A stretch of DNA of 64,000 bases, taken from a virus. The translations under genes and the position numbers were made by a program. Under the pieces are notes generated by a model. The model worked only from the letters and a program-made list of their open reading frames with translations, was not told where the DNA came from and did no database searches. This document shows positions 37,496-46,892 of the stretch, piece by piece (the first letter of the stretch is position 1; each line of letters begins with the position of its first letter). The DNA is taken from the IMG/VR virus record IMGVR_UViG_3300020454_001183, positions 2,683 to 66,682 of that record, one strand, 5' to 3'.

Positions 37496-39856
37496 TTATA
37501 CTGCTACTCCGAAATCGTTTGTATTACTTCTTTGATTAACTTTTGTAACCCCTTCTGCTAGTTTTCTTCCATCTAAATTAACAACAATTTGTAATGCTTG
37601 AATATCAGCACTTAATTTTTCTATAGCGGATACTACTGCTCCACTTCCACCACCACCCATAAGGTTAGTTCCAGCTACAACATCATCTTGATTATTTAAT
37701 GCTAATGTACCAGCTGCACTTGTAATCGTTCTACTTCCATATCCACTAGCTCCTCCACCCGGTGAAAACATATCATCTGCTTTTCCAACATATCCCATAC
37801 CTAAAGCGAGTGCAGCAGCAGCGGCTGCAGCACCTAATATAGGTCCTATGAATGGAATTTTTGCTGCGGATGCGAATGCACTTGATGCCATTTCATAAAC
37901 CGATGCAAGTAATCCCTGTCTTTTCTTTGCATTACCAAGTGATATTAAACCATTATAAACAGCAGTTACAGCGTTTTTTGCCGTTTCATATCCTAATTGT
38001 AGTTTGGATTGTATCACACTAGCTTTTTGTATCCCAAGAATTGTTGTGAATCCAACTGCAGCGGCTGCAGCCACATCTTTAAACTCTGTCATAAACTCAA
38101 CTAATCTTCCTAATTGGGTTGCTAAGAATGTTACTGGTGATAGGATTAATTTAAATAAACCAACTATACCTTTTAGAACAGGTATTGTTAATTTAATTAA
38201 TGGTGCTAAAGCCATACCTATCTCAGTACCTAATGCACCAAATTGATTTTTTATTTGGTCAACTTGAGATTGGAATTCCTGTTGTTTAGCTACTCTAGCC
38301 GTTTCTGATGCTAATTGGTCTTTACTAATATTTTTTATTTCATTACCTTTGGCTGCTAATGATTCTAAAGCTTTTTGTTGAGTTGCATTAAGACCACCAA
38401 ACTTTTTTCTAATTTCTAATTGTTTCTGAAGTTCTCCTACTTCCATTCCACTAGCTTTAGCTATACTTTGTAATTGGAATGTATTTAATCTATTTAAATC
38501 TACATTTTTTTCTAAGTTATCTAATACCGATTGCTGAGCTCCTAATATATCACCATTAGCGGCTAATTCTCTTGCTTTGTTAAAGTTAATAGATTGACCC
38601 AACATCGAAGAAGCTTCCAATTCAGCATTGATACTACTTTCAAAATCTAATAAGTTATTTGCTACTGCAGCTGCTTGTGTAAGTGATGTACCTAATCTAG
38701 CTGCTTCTACCGCTGCTTTTGCCAAATCACCAACCGAACCTTGAAAGAACATAGCAGCTGTTTCAGCGTTTTCAGCTAAATCTTTTATTACTTTATCAGG
38801 TGATACTCCTACTAATTTTGCTGCTTCAGCAGTTGATGTTATAAGTGATTGTGCAGCTTCTTCTGATAATCCACCAATACTTTGGAACATTAAGTTTACC
38901 TTAGCTGCTCCATCAGCTGCTACACCAAAGTTTTTTTCTAAAGCTACTACATTAGCTAATGTTTCTTTTGATGGCTGTACAACCCCCTCAAACACATTGG
39001 TAAACGATGCTGCTGCTTGTGCTACATCTTCAGCCGATGCTCCTAATGCAGCCGTTTCCATAGTAACTTTTCTAATGTTACTTTGTAATTCTTGTGTTTG
39101 TGAATTTAAGAGACCTGTTTCATTTCTGAAAGATTTACCAGCTTCATCTAATTTAATAAATGAACCTACAAGTGCTATAATACCCGCCGCAACCGCAGCT
39201 ACTGCAATTCCTGCTAACACCATTGGATTGGCAAGAGCTGCCATTACACTACCTCCAAATGTTTTCATAGAGGCGGTCATATTTTTAAGACTCATATTAC
39301 CTCCAGCAAATTGAGTCACCATTTCTTTTCCAGCATCTGTTACTTTACTTCTTAAACCATCAAATGCCCCACCAAATACTTGTGAAAATAATCCTCCAAC
39401 AATCGGTATATTACTTCCAAACTCCTCTATTGCATCAATTTGATTTAATATACCACCAGCAACACCTTTTTGAACTTTATCAAGCTCTTCAGCAGCCGCT
39501 ATTCTTTCATACTCTAACTTTAATCCTTCTATTGCAAAATTGTTATTTTTAATTTTTGCATCAACTTCCTTTTTATTAAATCCATTTTTAGATTTTGAAA
39601 GAATTACATTTTGTTTTTCAATTTTAACTATTTCTTTTGCTGCATCTTCTGATGATTGGATATTAGATAATGATGATGTTAATTCTTTATTGTATTCTCT
39701 AATTGATTTACCAATCTTTGTTCTAGCATCTACACCTTTATTTATTTCTTTATTTATATCCCTTTGAATTTGGGCAGAAAAACTTGTCGCTTGTTGATAT
39801 TCCTTCTCCAAACGAATAGATTCTTTTTGTCTATTTAATTGGTCTTTACTAGCCAT
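37496..39856 (-). CDS. Tail tape measure protein
   Basis: 786 aa, Ala/Gly-rich helical with hydrophobic segments, LLDFESSI.AE.EA motif; canonical position after tube and chaperones. Confidence 0.85.
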   Translation of the reverse strand: MASKDQLNRQKESIRLEKEYQQATSFSAQIQRDINKEINKGVDARTKIGKSIREYNKELTSSLSNIQSSEDAAKEIVKIEKQNVILSKSKNGFNKKEVDAKIKNNNFAIEGLKLEYERIAAAEELDKVQKGVAGGILNQIDAIEEFGSNIPIVGGLFSQVFGGAFDGLRSKVTDAGKEMVTQFAGGNMSLKNMTASMKTFGGSVMAALANPMVLAGIAVAAVAAGIIALVGSFIKLDEAGKSFRNETGLLNSQTQELQSNIRKVTMETAALGASAEDVAQAAASFTNVFEGVVQPSKETLANVVALEKNFGVAADGAAKVNLMFQSIGGLSEEAAQSLITSTAEAAKLVGVSPDKVIKDLAENAETAAMFFQGSVGDLAKAAVEAARLGTSLTQAAAVANNLLDFESSINAELEASSMLGQSINFNKARELAANGDILGAQQSVLDNLEKNVDLNRLNTFQLQSIAKASGMEVGELQKQLEIRKKFGGLNATQQKALESLAAKGNEIKNISKDQLASETARVAKQQEFQSQVDQIKNQFGALGTEIGMALAPLIKLTIPVLKGIVGLFKLILSPVTFLATQLGRLVEFMTEFKDVAAAAAVGFTTILGIQKASVIQSKLQLGYETAKNAVTAVYNGLISLGNAKKRQGLLASVYEMASSAFASAAKIPFIGPILGAAAAAAALALGMGYVGKADDMFSPGGGASGYGSRTITSAAGTLALNNQDDVVAGTNLMGGGGSGAVVSAIEKLSADIQALQIVVNLDGRKLAEGVTKVNQRSNTNDFGVAV

Positions 39857-39867
39857 TGGTTAATTTT

Positions 39868-40122
39868 TTATCTTTTTCCTTTTAGATAATTTTTATATAA
39901 ATCAGGTACTTCTTCACCCCTAGCTTCCATATCTTTCACCTTTTTAGCTATTCTTTCCATTGATGAATCAACTTGTTTAGCTAATTTTACAAATTCTTTA
40001 TCTTTTAGTGCTTTTCTAAACATGGCTTGTTTTACTAAAGATTTGAAAAAACCAAATTCGTTTAGGTTATGCTTTCTAGCAATTTCCTTTACTATATTTT
40101 GAGTCTCTTTACTTAGTTTCAT
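39868..40122 (-). CDS. Hypothetical protein
   Basis: Start reassigned to ATG 40122 (MKLSKETQ), which is preceded by AGGAG; class II motif at 40157-40166. Confidence 0.65.
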   Translation of the reverse strand: MKLSKETQNIVKEIARKHNLNEFGFFKSLVKQAMFRKALKDKEFVKLAKQVDSSMERIAKKVKDMEARGEEVPDLYKNYLKGKR

Positions 40123-40170
40123 AATTTTTTCTCCTTTATGGATATTATTGTACAACTATAAATATAAGGT

Positions 40171-40200
40171 AAAAAAAAAGTGAGGAATTATTTCCTCACT
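40171..40200 (-). terminator. Intrinsic terminator
   Basis: AGTGAGGAA-ATAA-TTCCTCACT stem-loop containing the stop codon, followed by a T run. Confidence 0.85.
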
Positions 40201-40427
40201 CTCACGTTTGGTTTACCAACTGATGGTGATGATTTCTTCATCGCCTTATCGTGTGCTTCCTGTTCTTTTTTCTTAGCTTCCATTAATTTTTTGAAGTGGA
40301 ATAACCTAATGTGAACAGGCATCTGATATACATCTTTAAATGTGAACCCATTTCCATAGTAACACATTTCAAATATCTGATTATGTATTTCAGCTGAATA
40401 GTTATTCGGAAGGGTAAAAAAACCCAA
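40188..40427 (-). CDS. Tail assembly chaperone C-terminal part (T4 gp51 / lambda gpT-like), probably reached by frameshift
   Basis: Only a TTG start, overlapping the slippery GGGTTTTTTT at the end of the upstream gene; IF.M.Y....F....VY.MP...R pattern. Confidence 0.7.
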   Translation of the reverse strand: MGFFTLPNNYSAEIHNQIFEMCYYGNGFTFKDVYQMPVHIRLFHFKKLMEAKKKEQEAHDKAMKKSSPSVGKPNVRVRK

Positions 40428-41169
40428 CCCCCATCGGGATTGTCATTCTCTCCTTCTCTCCACTTTCAGGGTTATCGTATTCGAAACTCATATCCATATC
40501 AGGTTGGAGGTCTGATAAATGATTTCTAAACGCTCTAGTATCCCTAGATAAAAATTTGTTATTGATAAAATTTACAATTGATTTGGTATCTTCTTTACCA
40601 TCTACAGATTTAATCATATATCTGTATCTTGTGGTTAGTTCTTGAGATACACCACCTTTGTTTAATCTATCTAAAGCTCTTACATCTGTATCAACTTTTT
40701 TCTCATCACCATGCGTAAGTAATTTAAATTTTAAAACATTTTTACCTGTAGGAGTTACAAACTCATATAAATTATCTCTTTTTAATTGCTTATAATCAAT
40801 ATCTTTTGTTTGTACTTTAGATAAATCAATAATAATATCTTCATTTTCACCAAATTCGTTTGGCATTTGAATTTTGTATTCAGGCCCATAACCTAAAATA
40901 CGAGTTGCTAATACAATAGCATTTTTATCACCAATAACGATATCATCTATTTTAAGTGTTTTATCAGCTATAATAGATTCAAATAACATATCTAAAACTA
41001 CACCTTTTTTTATTAAGTTTTGAGAAGATAAAATTTCTTCTTCTTTAGCTGTCATATACTTAATTTCTACTTCACCACTTGCTAATGGGTGTCCTTCTGG
41101 ATAACATTTACCTTGTGATGGAAGTGTGATTACTTCCGTTGGAAAGTCATATTTTTTATTTTCTGCCAT
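40402..41169 (-). CDS. Tail/baseplate assembly chaperone (T4 gp26 / lambda gpG-like)
   Basis: LPS.G..Y, MTAKEE.IL, GD..AI....RI..YG, C-terminal GFF; lies between tube and TMP. Confidence 0.8.
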   Translation of the reverse strand: MAENKKYDFPTEVITLPSQGKCYPEGHPLASGEVEIKYMTAKEEEILSSQNLIKKGVVLDMLFESIIADKTLKIDDIVIGDKNAIVLATRILGYGPEYKIQMPNEFGENEDIIIDLSKVQTKDIDYKQLKRDNLYEFVTPTGKNVLKFKLLTHGDEKKVDTDVRALDRLNKGGVSQELTTRYRYMIKSVDGKEDTKSIVNFINNKFLSRDTRAFRNHLSDLQPDMDMSFEYDNPESGEKERMTIPMGVGFFYPSE

Positions 41170-41191
41170 AATTAACCTTTATTTGTTTGTA

Positions 41192-41201
41192 TATAAATAT
41201 A
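41192..41201 (-). promoter_or_regulatory. Class II (late) promoter element TATATTTATA
   Basis: Between a terminator and the chaperone start. Confidence 0.65.
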
Positions 41202-41229
41202 TAAGAATGAAAAAATTAGAAATTAGAGC

Positions 41230-41258
41230 AAAAAAAAAGTTCTCACATAGAGAACTTT
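41230..41258 (-). terminator. Intrinsic terminator after the tail tube gene
   Basis: AAAGTTCTC-N5-GAGAACTTT stem-loop followed by a T run on the coding strand. Confidence 0.8.
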
Positions 41259-41278
41259 CTTTCTTCAGTATTTATTTT

Positions 41279-41767
41279 TTAGAATTCAAGTATTGCGTAA
41301 TCGTAAGATAACGTCAAAGTAATTTCAGCTGGGTCATTTGAAGCCCAATCTAAATCATTAAATGCAGCTGATGTTATAAATGCACCTTTAAGAGTCCATT
41401 GTTCTATTTTATCACCTACAGGCCCTAACATAAAGAAGTTTACATCTTTCTTATAGAAATCTGCGTATCCATCTCTACCAGTTAGTGATTCATGTGAAGT
41501 TCTCACCCACTCCATCACTTGTTGTGCTCCTGAAGGAACAATCGGGTCATATAGAGTAATCTCTACATCTTGCCACTCACCTTTACCTTTTAGTTTTCTC
41601 TTAACATTGATATGGTCTAATGTTACAGGTTCAAACTGAATAGTAGGTCTGTTGGCTGTTTTAATTAAATATGAGTCTATACCATCGATGTTCATGATGA
41701 ATCTGTTCTTCATCTTCGGTTCGAAGTTGGTATAAAACATTTCGTTGAATTCTAATACTTCTGCCAT
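41279..41767 (-). CDS. Tail tube protein (T4 gp19-like)
   Basis: EPK..NRF, GK.EW..V.ITLYD, YKKD, W.LKGAF, LSYD. Confidence 0.92.
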   Translation of the reverse strand: MAEVLEFNEMFYTNFEPKMKNRFIMNIDGIDSYLIKTANRPTIQFEPVTLDHINVKRKLKGKGEWQDVEITLYDPIVPSGAQQVMEWVRTSHESLTGRDGYADFYKKDVNFFMLGPVGDKIEQWTLKGAFITSAAFNDLDWASNDPAEITLTLSYDYAILEF

Positions 41768-41787
41768 TTTTTTTCTCCTATTACTAT

Positions 41788-41797
41788 TATAAATATA
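41788..41797 (-). promoter_or_regulatory. Class II (late) promoter element TATATTTATA
   Basis: Upstream of the tube gene, followed by AGGAG. Confidence 0.65.
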
Positions 41798-41814
41798 TAG
41801 TTTCTAAATTTTCA

Positions 41815-44160
41815 TTATGCTGAGAACGATGCACCTGTTGGTAGAATGTTGAAATCAATTACTATGAATTCAGCCGTCTTAGTAGGTTGTAAAAATATTT
41901 GACCTGCTAAGATGTTTCTATCAATTACATCAGGAGTGTTGTTTGTCTCGTCCATCACCACTTTGAATGCGTATAACCCTTGTCTTTGTTGTACACCTTC
42001 TAAATAAGGTTGTACAGTGTTTATAAATCTGTTTCTAGTCTGTGCCGTATTTTGTTCGAATACTAAGAATCTTGAAGTACTTGCTACAAACTTTTTAACT
42101 TTAATCAACAATCTACGAACATTGATTCTATCTAAAGCGGATGCTTTATCTTGCAATGTCTTTTGTCCAAATGCTACAATACCTTCACCAGGGAATGATG
42201 CGATTGGATTAACTTTGTTTTCATAAAGTGTATCTCTTTCAGCGTGCGTTAATCTGTTTAATACTGAAACTGCTCCTACGATTCCACCTCTGTTTAAACC
42301 AGCAGGTGCGAACCACTCAGCTGCTAATCTATCGTTAGCTGCAAATATACCTGGCATCAATACTGATGGTGGTACTGCGGTTAGTTTGTTTGTATTAATA
42401 TCGATTGTTTTAACCCAAGGATAGTAAGAACCAACATAGTTAGAATCTACTGCATCTGCTTGAGTTGTTGCTTGTGCTATTGTATCATTTACTGAAGTTA
42501 TATCTCCAATAAAGAATGCATCTTGTCTATCCTCTACCATATCAACAACTTTACCAAACACATAAGAGTGTAATCTTCTGATAACACCCGGTGCTGATAC
42601 TAAGTTGATATCAAAGTCATCAGGATTAGATACTGCGTTAATTGCTTTCACATATGCTACTGAACCACTAGCGGTTGAAGAAGATAAGTTAAATCCTTGC
42701 GAGTTACCTGCTGAGATATTTGAACCTAATTTCTTTCTAATCGTTGGTGATACACCATCAAATCCACTTTGGAATGCCACAGTGAATTGTCTTTTTGCTA
42801 TATCAACTGCAGATGAACCAGTCATTTCATAAGATAGTTGTGAATCAAATGCGAATACTGAGTTTGAACCCGTTCCAGCGTTAGTAGGAATAGGTGATAA
42901 GTAATTAACATTATCAATCTTAACAGTTGTTGTTTCCACATCTATACCAGAGTAATTTATCTTATTAGATGAAGTGTTAGAATCAGAACCACTCTTAAAT
43001 GTTACAGGTGGTACGATTTTTTCTTCTGGTGAAAGTGAACTTACAACTGCTATTGGATTAACATATGCAGAGTGTCCAAATGGTGCTGCTGTAATTGGGA
43101 ACGAACCTTCTTCACTACATTCTACATAGATGTATGAAGAGTAGTTAGCGTAATCACCAGTTTCAGTTTGTTTACCATTTGCATCAATACTTACAACTCT
43201 ATCACCGATTACTTTCTTAATGTAATTAGGTGAAGCTGGGTCTAAGTTAACATTGTTGAATGTTTCTAATACATTCTTTCTCTTATCAGTATCACTAAAT
43301 TTTCTAATCGCTACTGAGAATGTTGCGTAATCTGTAGCTGCTGAACTTCCTGCAGGTTTTACATTAAAGATAGAAATCTTAAACTCTTGGTTCGTATCAG
43401 TACCATGAGCTAATGTATGGAATCTAAATAGATTGTGTCTTTCACCTGAGATAAGTTGTGATTGAATGTAAGGAGTAGTTGCTCTAGTAGTATCGAAATT
43501 CAATGCTTGGTCAGCTAATGAAACTAATTCTACTTTAGAACCACTTTCTAAGAAGTATCCTGTTGCATCTGTAGCTCCTTGCTCAAAGTATTTATAAACA
43601 TATGCGTTTTTACTTCCAAGCGGTGAGTCACCAAATACATCTGATATATCACTACCTGATGATGGTACAACTGATGCTGATACTGCAGTTCCTAATTCAG
43701 AACCACTAATGTTAAAAGTAGAAGAAGAAAGTTGACAACTGATTGAGTTTGTTGCTGATGGAAATCCAGTTGATTCAGTACCATTTTCAGTAGCAAATAA
43801 TGCTCCTAATAATTGTCTACCACCTCCACTACCAGATGCGTTACCTGATAATGAACCCGATACAACAATACCGACTGGGTCAACGTGAGTATATCCTCCA
43901 ACATGTCCAACTCTAACAATTGTTACAGTTCCTGCTTCTCTTAAATAATTTTGTACGGTATATCCTGTATAGTATGTTCCATCAGGTGTACCGAATATTT
44001 CTTCAAATTCTGATTGGGTATTTACGATTGTGGGTACAAATGCTGGTCCTTTCTTAAAAGGTCCAATCACTGCGGCTCCGATTTCTCCTATTCCTTGTGA
44101 AATAAAAGATAAATCATTCTCTCTTGTAAATACGCCAGGTGATACGATTTTTTCTGCCAT
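41815..44160 (-). CDS. Tail sheath protein (T4 gp18-like)
   Basis: SPGVFTRE.D, GPF.KGP, YYPWV, WFAPAG..RG, NPI, GQKT, RINVRRL, FE.N, P.K.AEFI. Confidence 0.96.
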   Translation of the reverse strand: MAEKIVSPGVFTRENDLSFISQGIGEIGAAVIGPFKKGPAFVPTIVNTQSEFEEIFGTPDGTYYTGYTVQNYLREAGTVTIVRVGHVGGYTHVDPVGIVVSGSLSGNASGSGGGRQLLGALFATENGTESTGFPSATNSISCQLSSSTFNISGSELGTAVSASVVPSSGSDISDVFGDSPLGSKNAYVYKYFEQGATDATGYFLESGSKVELVSLADQALNFDTTRATTPYIQSQLISGERHNLFRFHTLAHGTDTNQEFKISIFNVKPAGSSAATDYATFSVAIRKFSDTDKRKNVLETFNNVNLDPASPNYIKKVIGDRVVSIDANGKQTETGDYANYSSYIYVECSEEGSFPITAAPFGHSAYVNPIAVVSSLSPEEKIVPPVTFKSGSDSNTSSNKINYSGIDVETTTVKIDNVNYLSPIPTNAGTGSNSVFAFDSQLSYEMTGSSAVDIAKRQFTVAFQSGFDGVSPTIRKKLGSNISAGNSQGFNLSSSTASGSVAYVKAINAVSNPDDFDINLVSAPGVIRRLHSYVFGKVVDMVEDRQDAFFIGDITSVNDTIAQATTQADAVDSNYVGSYYPWVKTIDINTNKLTAVPPSVLMPGIFAANDRLAAEWFAPAGLNRGGIVGAVSVLNRLTHAERDTLYENKVNPIASFPGEGIVAFGQKTLQDKASALDRINVRRLLIKVKKFVASTSRFLVFEQNTAQTRNRFINTVQPYLEGVQQRQGLYAFKVVMDETNNTPDVIDRNILAGQIFLQPTKTAEFIVIDFNILPTGASFSA

Positions 44161-44199
44161 TTTTTATTCTCCTTTAGTGATAATGTAATATTATACACA

Positions 44200-44208
44200 T
44201 ATAAGTAT
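44200..44208 (-). promoter_or_regulatory. Class II (late) promoter variant ATACTTATA
   Basis: Upstream of the sheath gene, followed by AGGAG. Confidence 0.55.
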
Positions 44209-44227
44209 TAAATTCTTTTTCAAAAAC

Positions 44228-44503
44228 TTATTTTTTTTCTTCTGTAGATGGTATAAATTCACCAGTTGTAGGTTCTATAGTGCCATCTCCATACTTTTCA
44301 TTCAATTTTTTATATAACTCATTTTCTTTTTCAACTAAGTTATCATGTTGTTCTTCTAACTTCTCTTCATCTAAATCAATTTGTGCATTTGCATTTCTTC
44401 TTCTGATTGCAATTCTACCCAAATCAAAGAAAATTTGAGATGCTTCATTTCTAATTGAACTAATTTGTTCTAATTCTTCTTTACTTAACTTTTTGTTTGC
44501 CAT
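44228..44503 (-). CDS. Small coiled-coil protein
   Basis: 91 aa ending KYG.G.I...TGEF; class II motif at 44539-44548. Confidence 0.7.
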   Translation of the reverse strand: MANKKLSKEELEQISSIRNEASQIFFDLGRIAIRRRNANAQIDLDEEKLEEQHDNLVEKENELYKKLNEKYGDGTIEPTTGEFIPSTEEKK

Positions 44504-44575
44504 TTTTGTAAAATTTAATATAACATTGTTTTTATATATATAAATATATAGTTTTTTTCGAAACAGTCATTTTTT

Positions 44576-45889
44576 CTATGGTTCAGAGAATGTAAATGTC
44601 AATGTTCCATAAGTTCCAGCTAAACCTTGGTCAATAGCTCTTACTCTGAAATAATAAGTACCATTACTTAAAGTAATACCTTGTCCAGGTAAACTGATAC
44701 TGGTTGCTGACCATTCTGTTTCGTTTCCATTGGTTACAGGTGAGCTAAAATCAGAATTATTATCAATAGCCCAATCATAAGCCGTAATACCACCTGTTCC
44801 AACTGATGATGGTGCTGTCCAACTTAATACAAATGTACTATTATTCCATGTTATACTTGTTGGTGCACCAGGTGCTGCTAAATCAGTAAACGAATTAGTA
44901 CCCTTATTGTGAGTTACATATCCATTAACTAAATAAGTATCTTGCTCTTCTACATCTAAAGATACTATTTCAACATCAGATGATTCTAAATTTATAGATA
45001 CTACATCTATTTCACTTAAAGAACCATCAACTTTCTTTATAAGTTTATCACCAATTTCTAACAACATTAATTCCTTAAACCTATATAACCCATCCGTAGC
45101 ATCTTTAATTAACATAGGATGCTCTCCAGTACCTTTTATTTCACCATCATTAATATTGTATATCTTATTACTAAATGAATAAGTTAAATTTACTACTTTT
45201 ACATCTTTTTCTGTTTCTCCTATAGTATTTGATGACCATTCTAAGAAGTTTGAGTCTGAATCTTCCGATAAACCTGCTAATGAATAGCCCTTCAGTACAT
45301 CTCCTTCATTTAAATCACCAACTTCAACCATTGTTCCATCTGCTTTTTCTATAGGTGAATCAGACACCAAACAAAGTGCAGCTGCGTTTCCATCATATGA
45401 ATCAACAGAATATACTGTTTTAGTTCTACTACTATTATAATTTGTAGCGTGGTCATTAAATCCATCTGCAAACTTAACACCTAATGTGTGAGATGTAGCA
45501 CCAATTAATGCTGTTTGAGTACCAGCATTTTTCATTTCTCCAGCAGATATAGTTAATGAACCACTACCAGCTGCTGCTTGTGAATAGGATGCAGAGGTAA
45601 AATAAATAGTACCCCCACCAGTTATACTCCAATCAAAATTTCTTTTTTTCTCTCTAATCTTTACAAATCTTCCACCATCCCCTCCAAATCCTAAAACATA
45701 ATCCTCTGATGTGTTTTCAACAACATATGTAAATCCAGTAACTGCTCCTACACTATCTATTGCGAATGCTGACATCGATATTGGAGTTGCTGTACTACCT
45801 GCTACCGTACCCATTGATTTGGTACTTTGGTCTGTAGCCGTTGCTAAATTGTTTAAAGATAAAGTATCTCCTGATGATAGTGTTGCCAT
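44576..45889 (-). CDS. Virion/adhesin-like protein with an internal Hint (intein-like) domain and a C-terminal FN3 domain
   Basis: Hint: C173 (CLVSDS), TGEHP block B, LDVE...YLVNG..THN328. FN3: PGAPT...LSWTAP...Y....YYFRVRA. Class II motif at 45905-45913. Confidence 0.85.
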   Translation of the reverse strand: MATLSSGDTLSLNNLATATDQSTKSMGTVAGSTATPISMSAFAIDSVGAVTGFTYVVENTSEDYVLGFGGDGGRFVKIREKKRNFDWSITGGGTIYFTSASYSQAAAGSGSLTISAGEMKNAGTQTALIGATSHTLGVKFADGFNDHATNYNSSRTKTVYSVDSYDGNAAALCLVSDSPIEKADGTMVEVGDLNEGDVLKGYSLAGLSEDSDSNFLEWSSNTIGETEKDVKVVNLTYSFSNKIYNINDGEIKGTGEHPMLIKDATDGLYRFKELMLLEIGDKLIKKVDGSLSEIDVVSINLESSDVEIVSLDVEEQDTYLVNGYVTHNKGTNSFTDLAAPGAPTSITWNNSTFVLSWTAPSSVGTGGITAYDWAIDNNSDFSSPVTNGNETEWSATSISLPGQGITLSNGTYYFRVRAIDQGLAGTYGTLTFTFSEP

Positions 45890-45896
45890 AATTCTC

Positions 45897-46892
45897 CTAT
45901 ATGTTATAAATATTCAATAATGAATCAATCCACAATTGTTTATCAGAATAATTATCAATCATATAGCTTTTAATTTTTTTGAACCAATGATTTTTTGTTT
46001 CGTATGTATCACTACATATCTTATTATAAATATCTACAAATTCATTTTTAGATGAAACTCTGTATGGATATTCAAAATCTTTACACCAAGTTGTGTGTAA
46101 AATAGGTAGTTTTCCTTTATCTACTGCTTCAAAAATACCATATCCAAATGGTTCTGATGTAAATGCTGAATGTGATACTCCCCAATCCATATTATAAAAT
46201 TTATCTTTAAAGTTACCATAATAATGATAAATTTTTGCTTTATCATAATTTCCACCAACCGCATTTTTCCAAAATGTGTTAAACTCAAAAGAGTTTGTAA
46301 AAATAAAACAATCTAAATTTTCTAAATAATGTGGGTTTTTTCTACCTTCACATCTAGCAGCAAATCCTAATCTGTTTGATTTACTTAAAGGTAAATTGTG
46401 TTTAAATTCATAATAATTATTTATTACTTCATTCTTTATCAGAATATCAAATAATCCCACCCATATAGAATGAGTTGCCCATTCATTTACTTCCTTTTCC
46501 CATTTTGAATCCAACCACGGATGCCAACCAATTCTAGCATCTGTAACAACTTGTGATTTTAAAATATGGTCTACTGAGTTGTGTAATATATTTGAGTGAA
46601 TTTTATCTTTGTTATTTACTATAGCTTTCATTGGAGTATAATGTCCATGTAATATATTGATTCTTCTAGCTCCATCACATATCTTTTCAAATTCACCAAC
46701 ATTATCACCTTGCCAATGAGTTTCTATTGGAAATTCAAAATCTTCAAATCCTTTTGGTTTGTTTCGGTGGATTAGTAAAACTGGTCTTACTTTTAAATGT
46801 GGTACAATATTTTCTAAAAAATCATTTACCCACAAATCAGTTCCAGCGTTGACCCAAGGACCACCACCAGTTGTGTAATAAACATCGTACAT
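45897..46892 (-). CDS. Glycosyltransferase (GT4-like) within the tail-fibre operon
   Basis: FAAR.EGRKN and EPFGYGIFEA..GKLPI motifs. Confidence 0.75.
   Translation of the reverse strand: MYDVYYTTGGGPWVNAGTDLWVNDFLENIVPHLKVRPVLLIHRNKPKGFEDFEFPIETHWQGDNVGEFEKICDGARRINILHGHYTPMKAIVNNKDKIHSNILHNSVDHILKSQVVTDARIGWHPWLDSKWEKEVNEWATHSIWVGLFDILIKNEVINNYYEFKHNLPLSKSNRLGFAARCEGRKNPHYLENLDCFIFTNSFEFNTFWKNAVGGNYDKAKIYHYYGNFKDKFYNMDWGVSHSAFTSEPFGYGIFEAVDKGKLPILHTTWCKDFEYPYRVSSKNEFVDIYNKICSDTYETKNHWFKKIKSYMIDNYSDKQLWIDSLLNIYNI

Noticed and set aside
44906-45373. Canonical mobile intein
   Set aside because: The +1 residue is Lys, there is no homing endonuclease, and the host protein is not a conserved enzyme.
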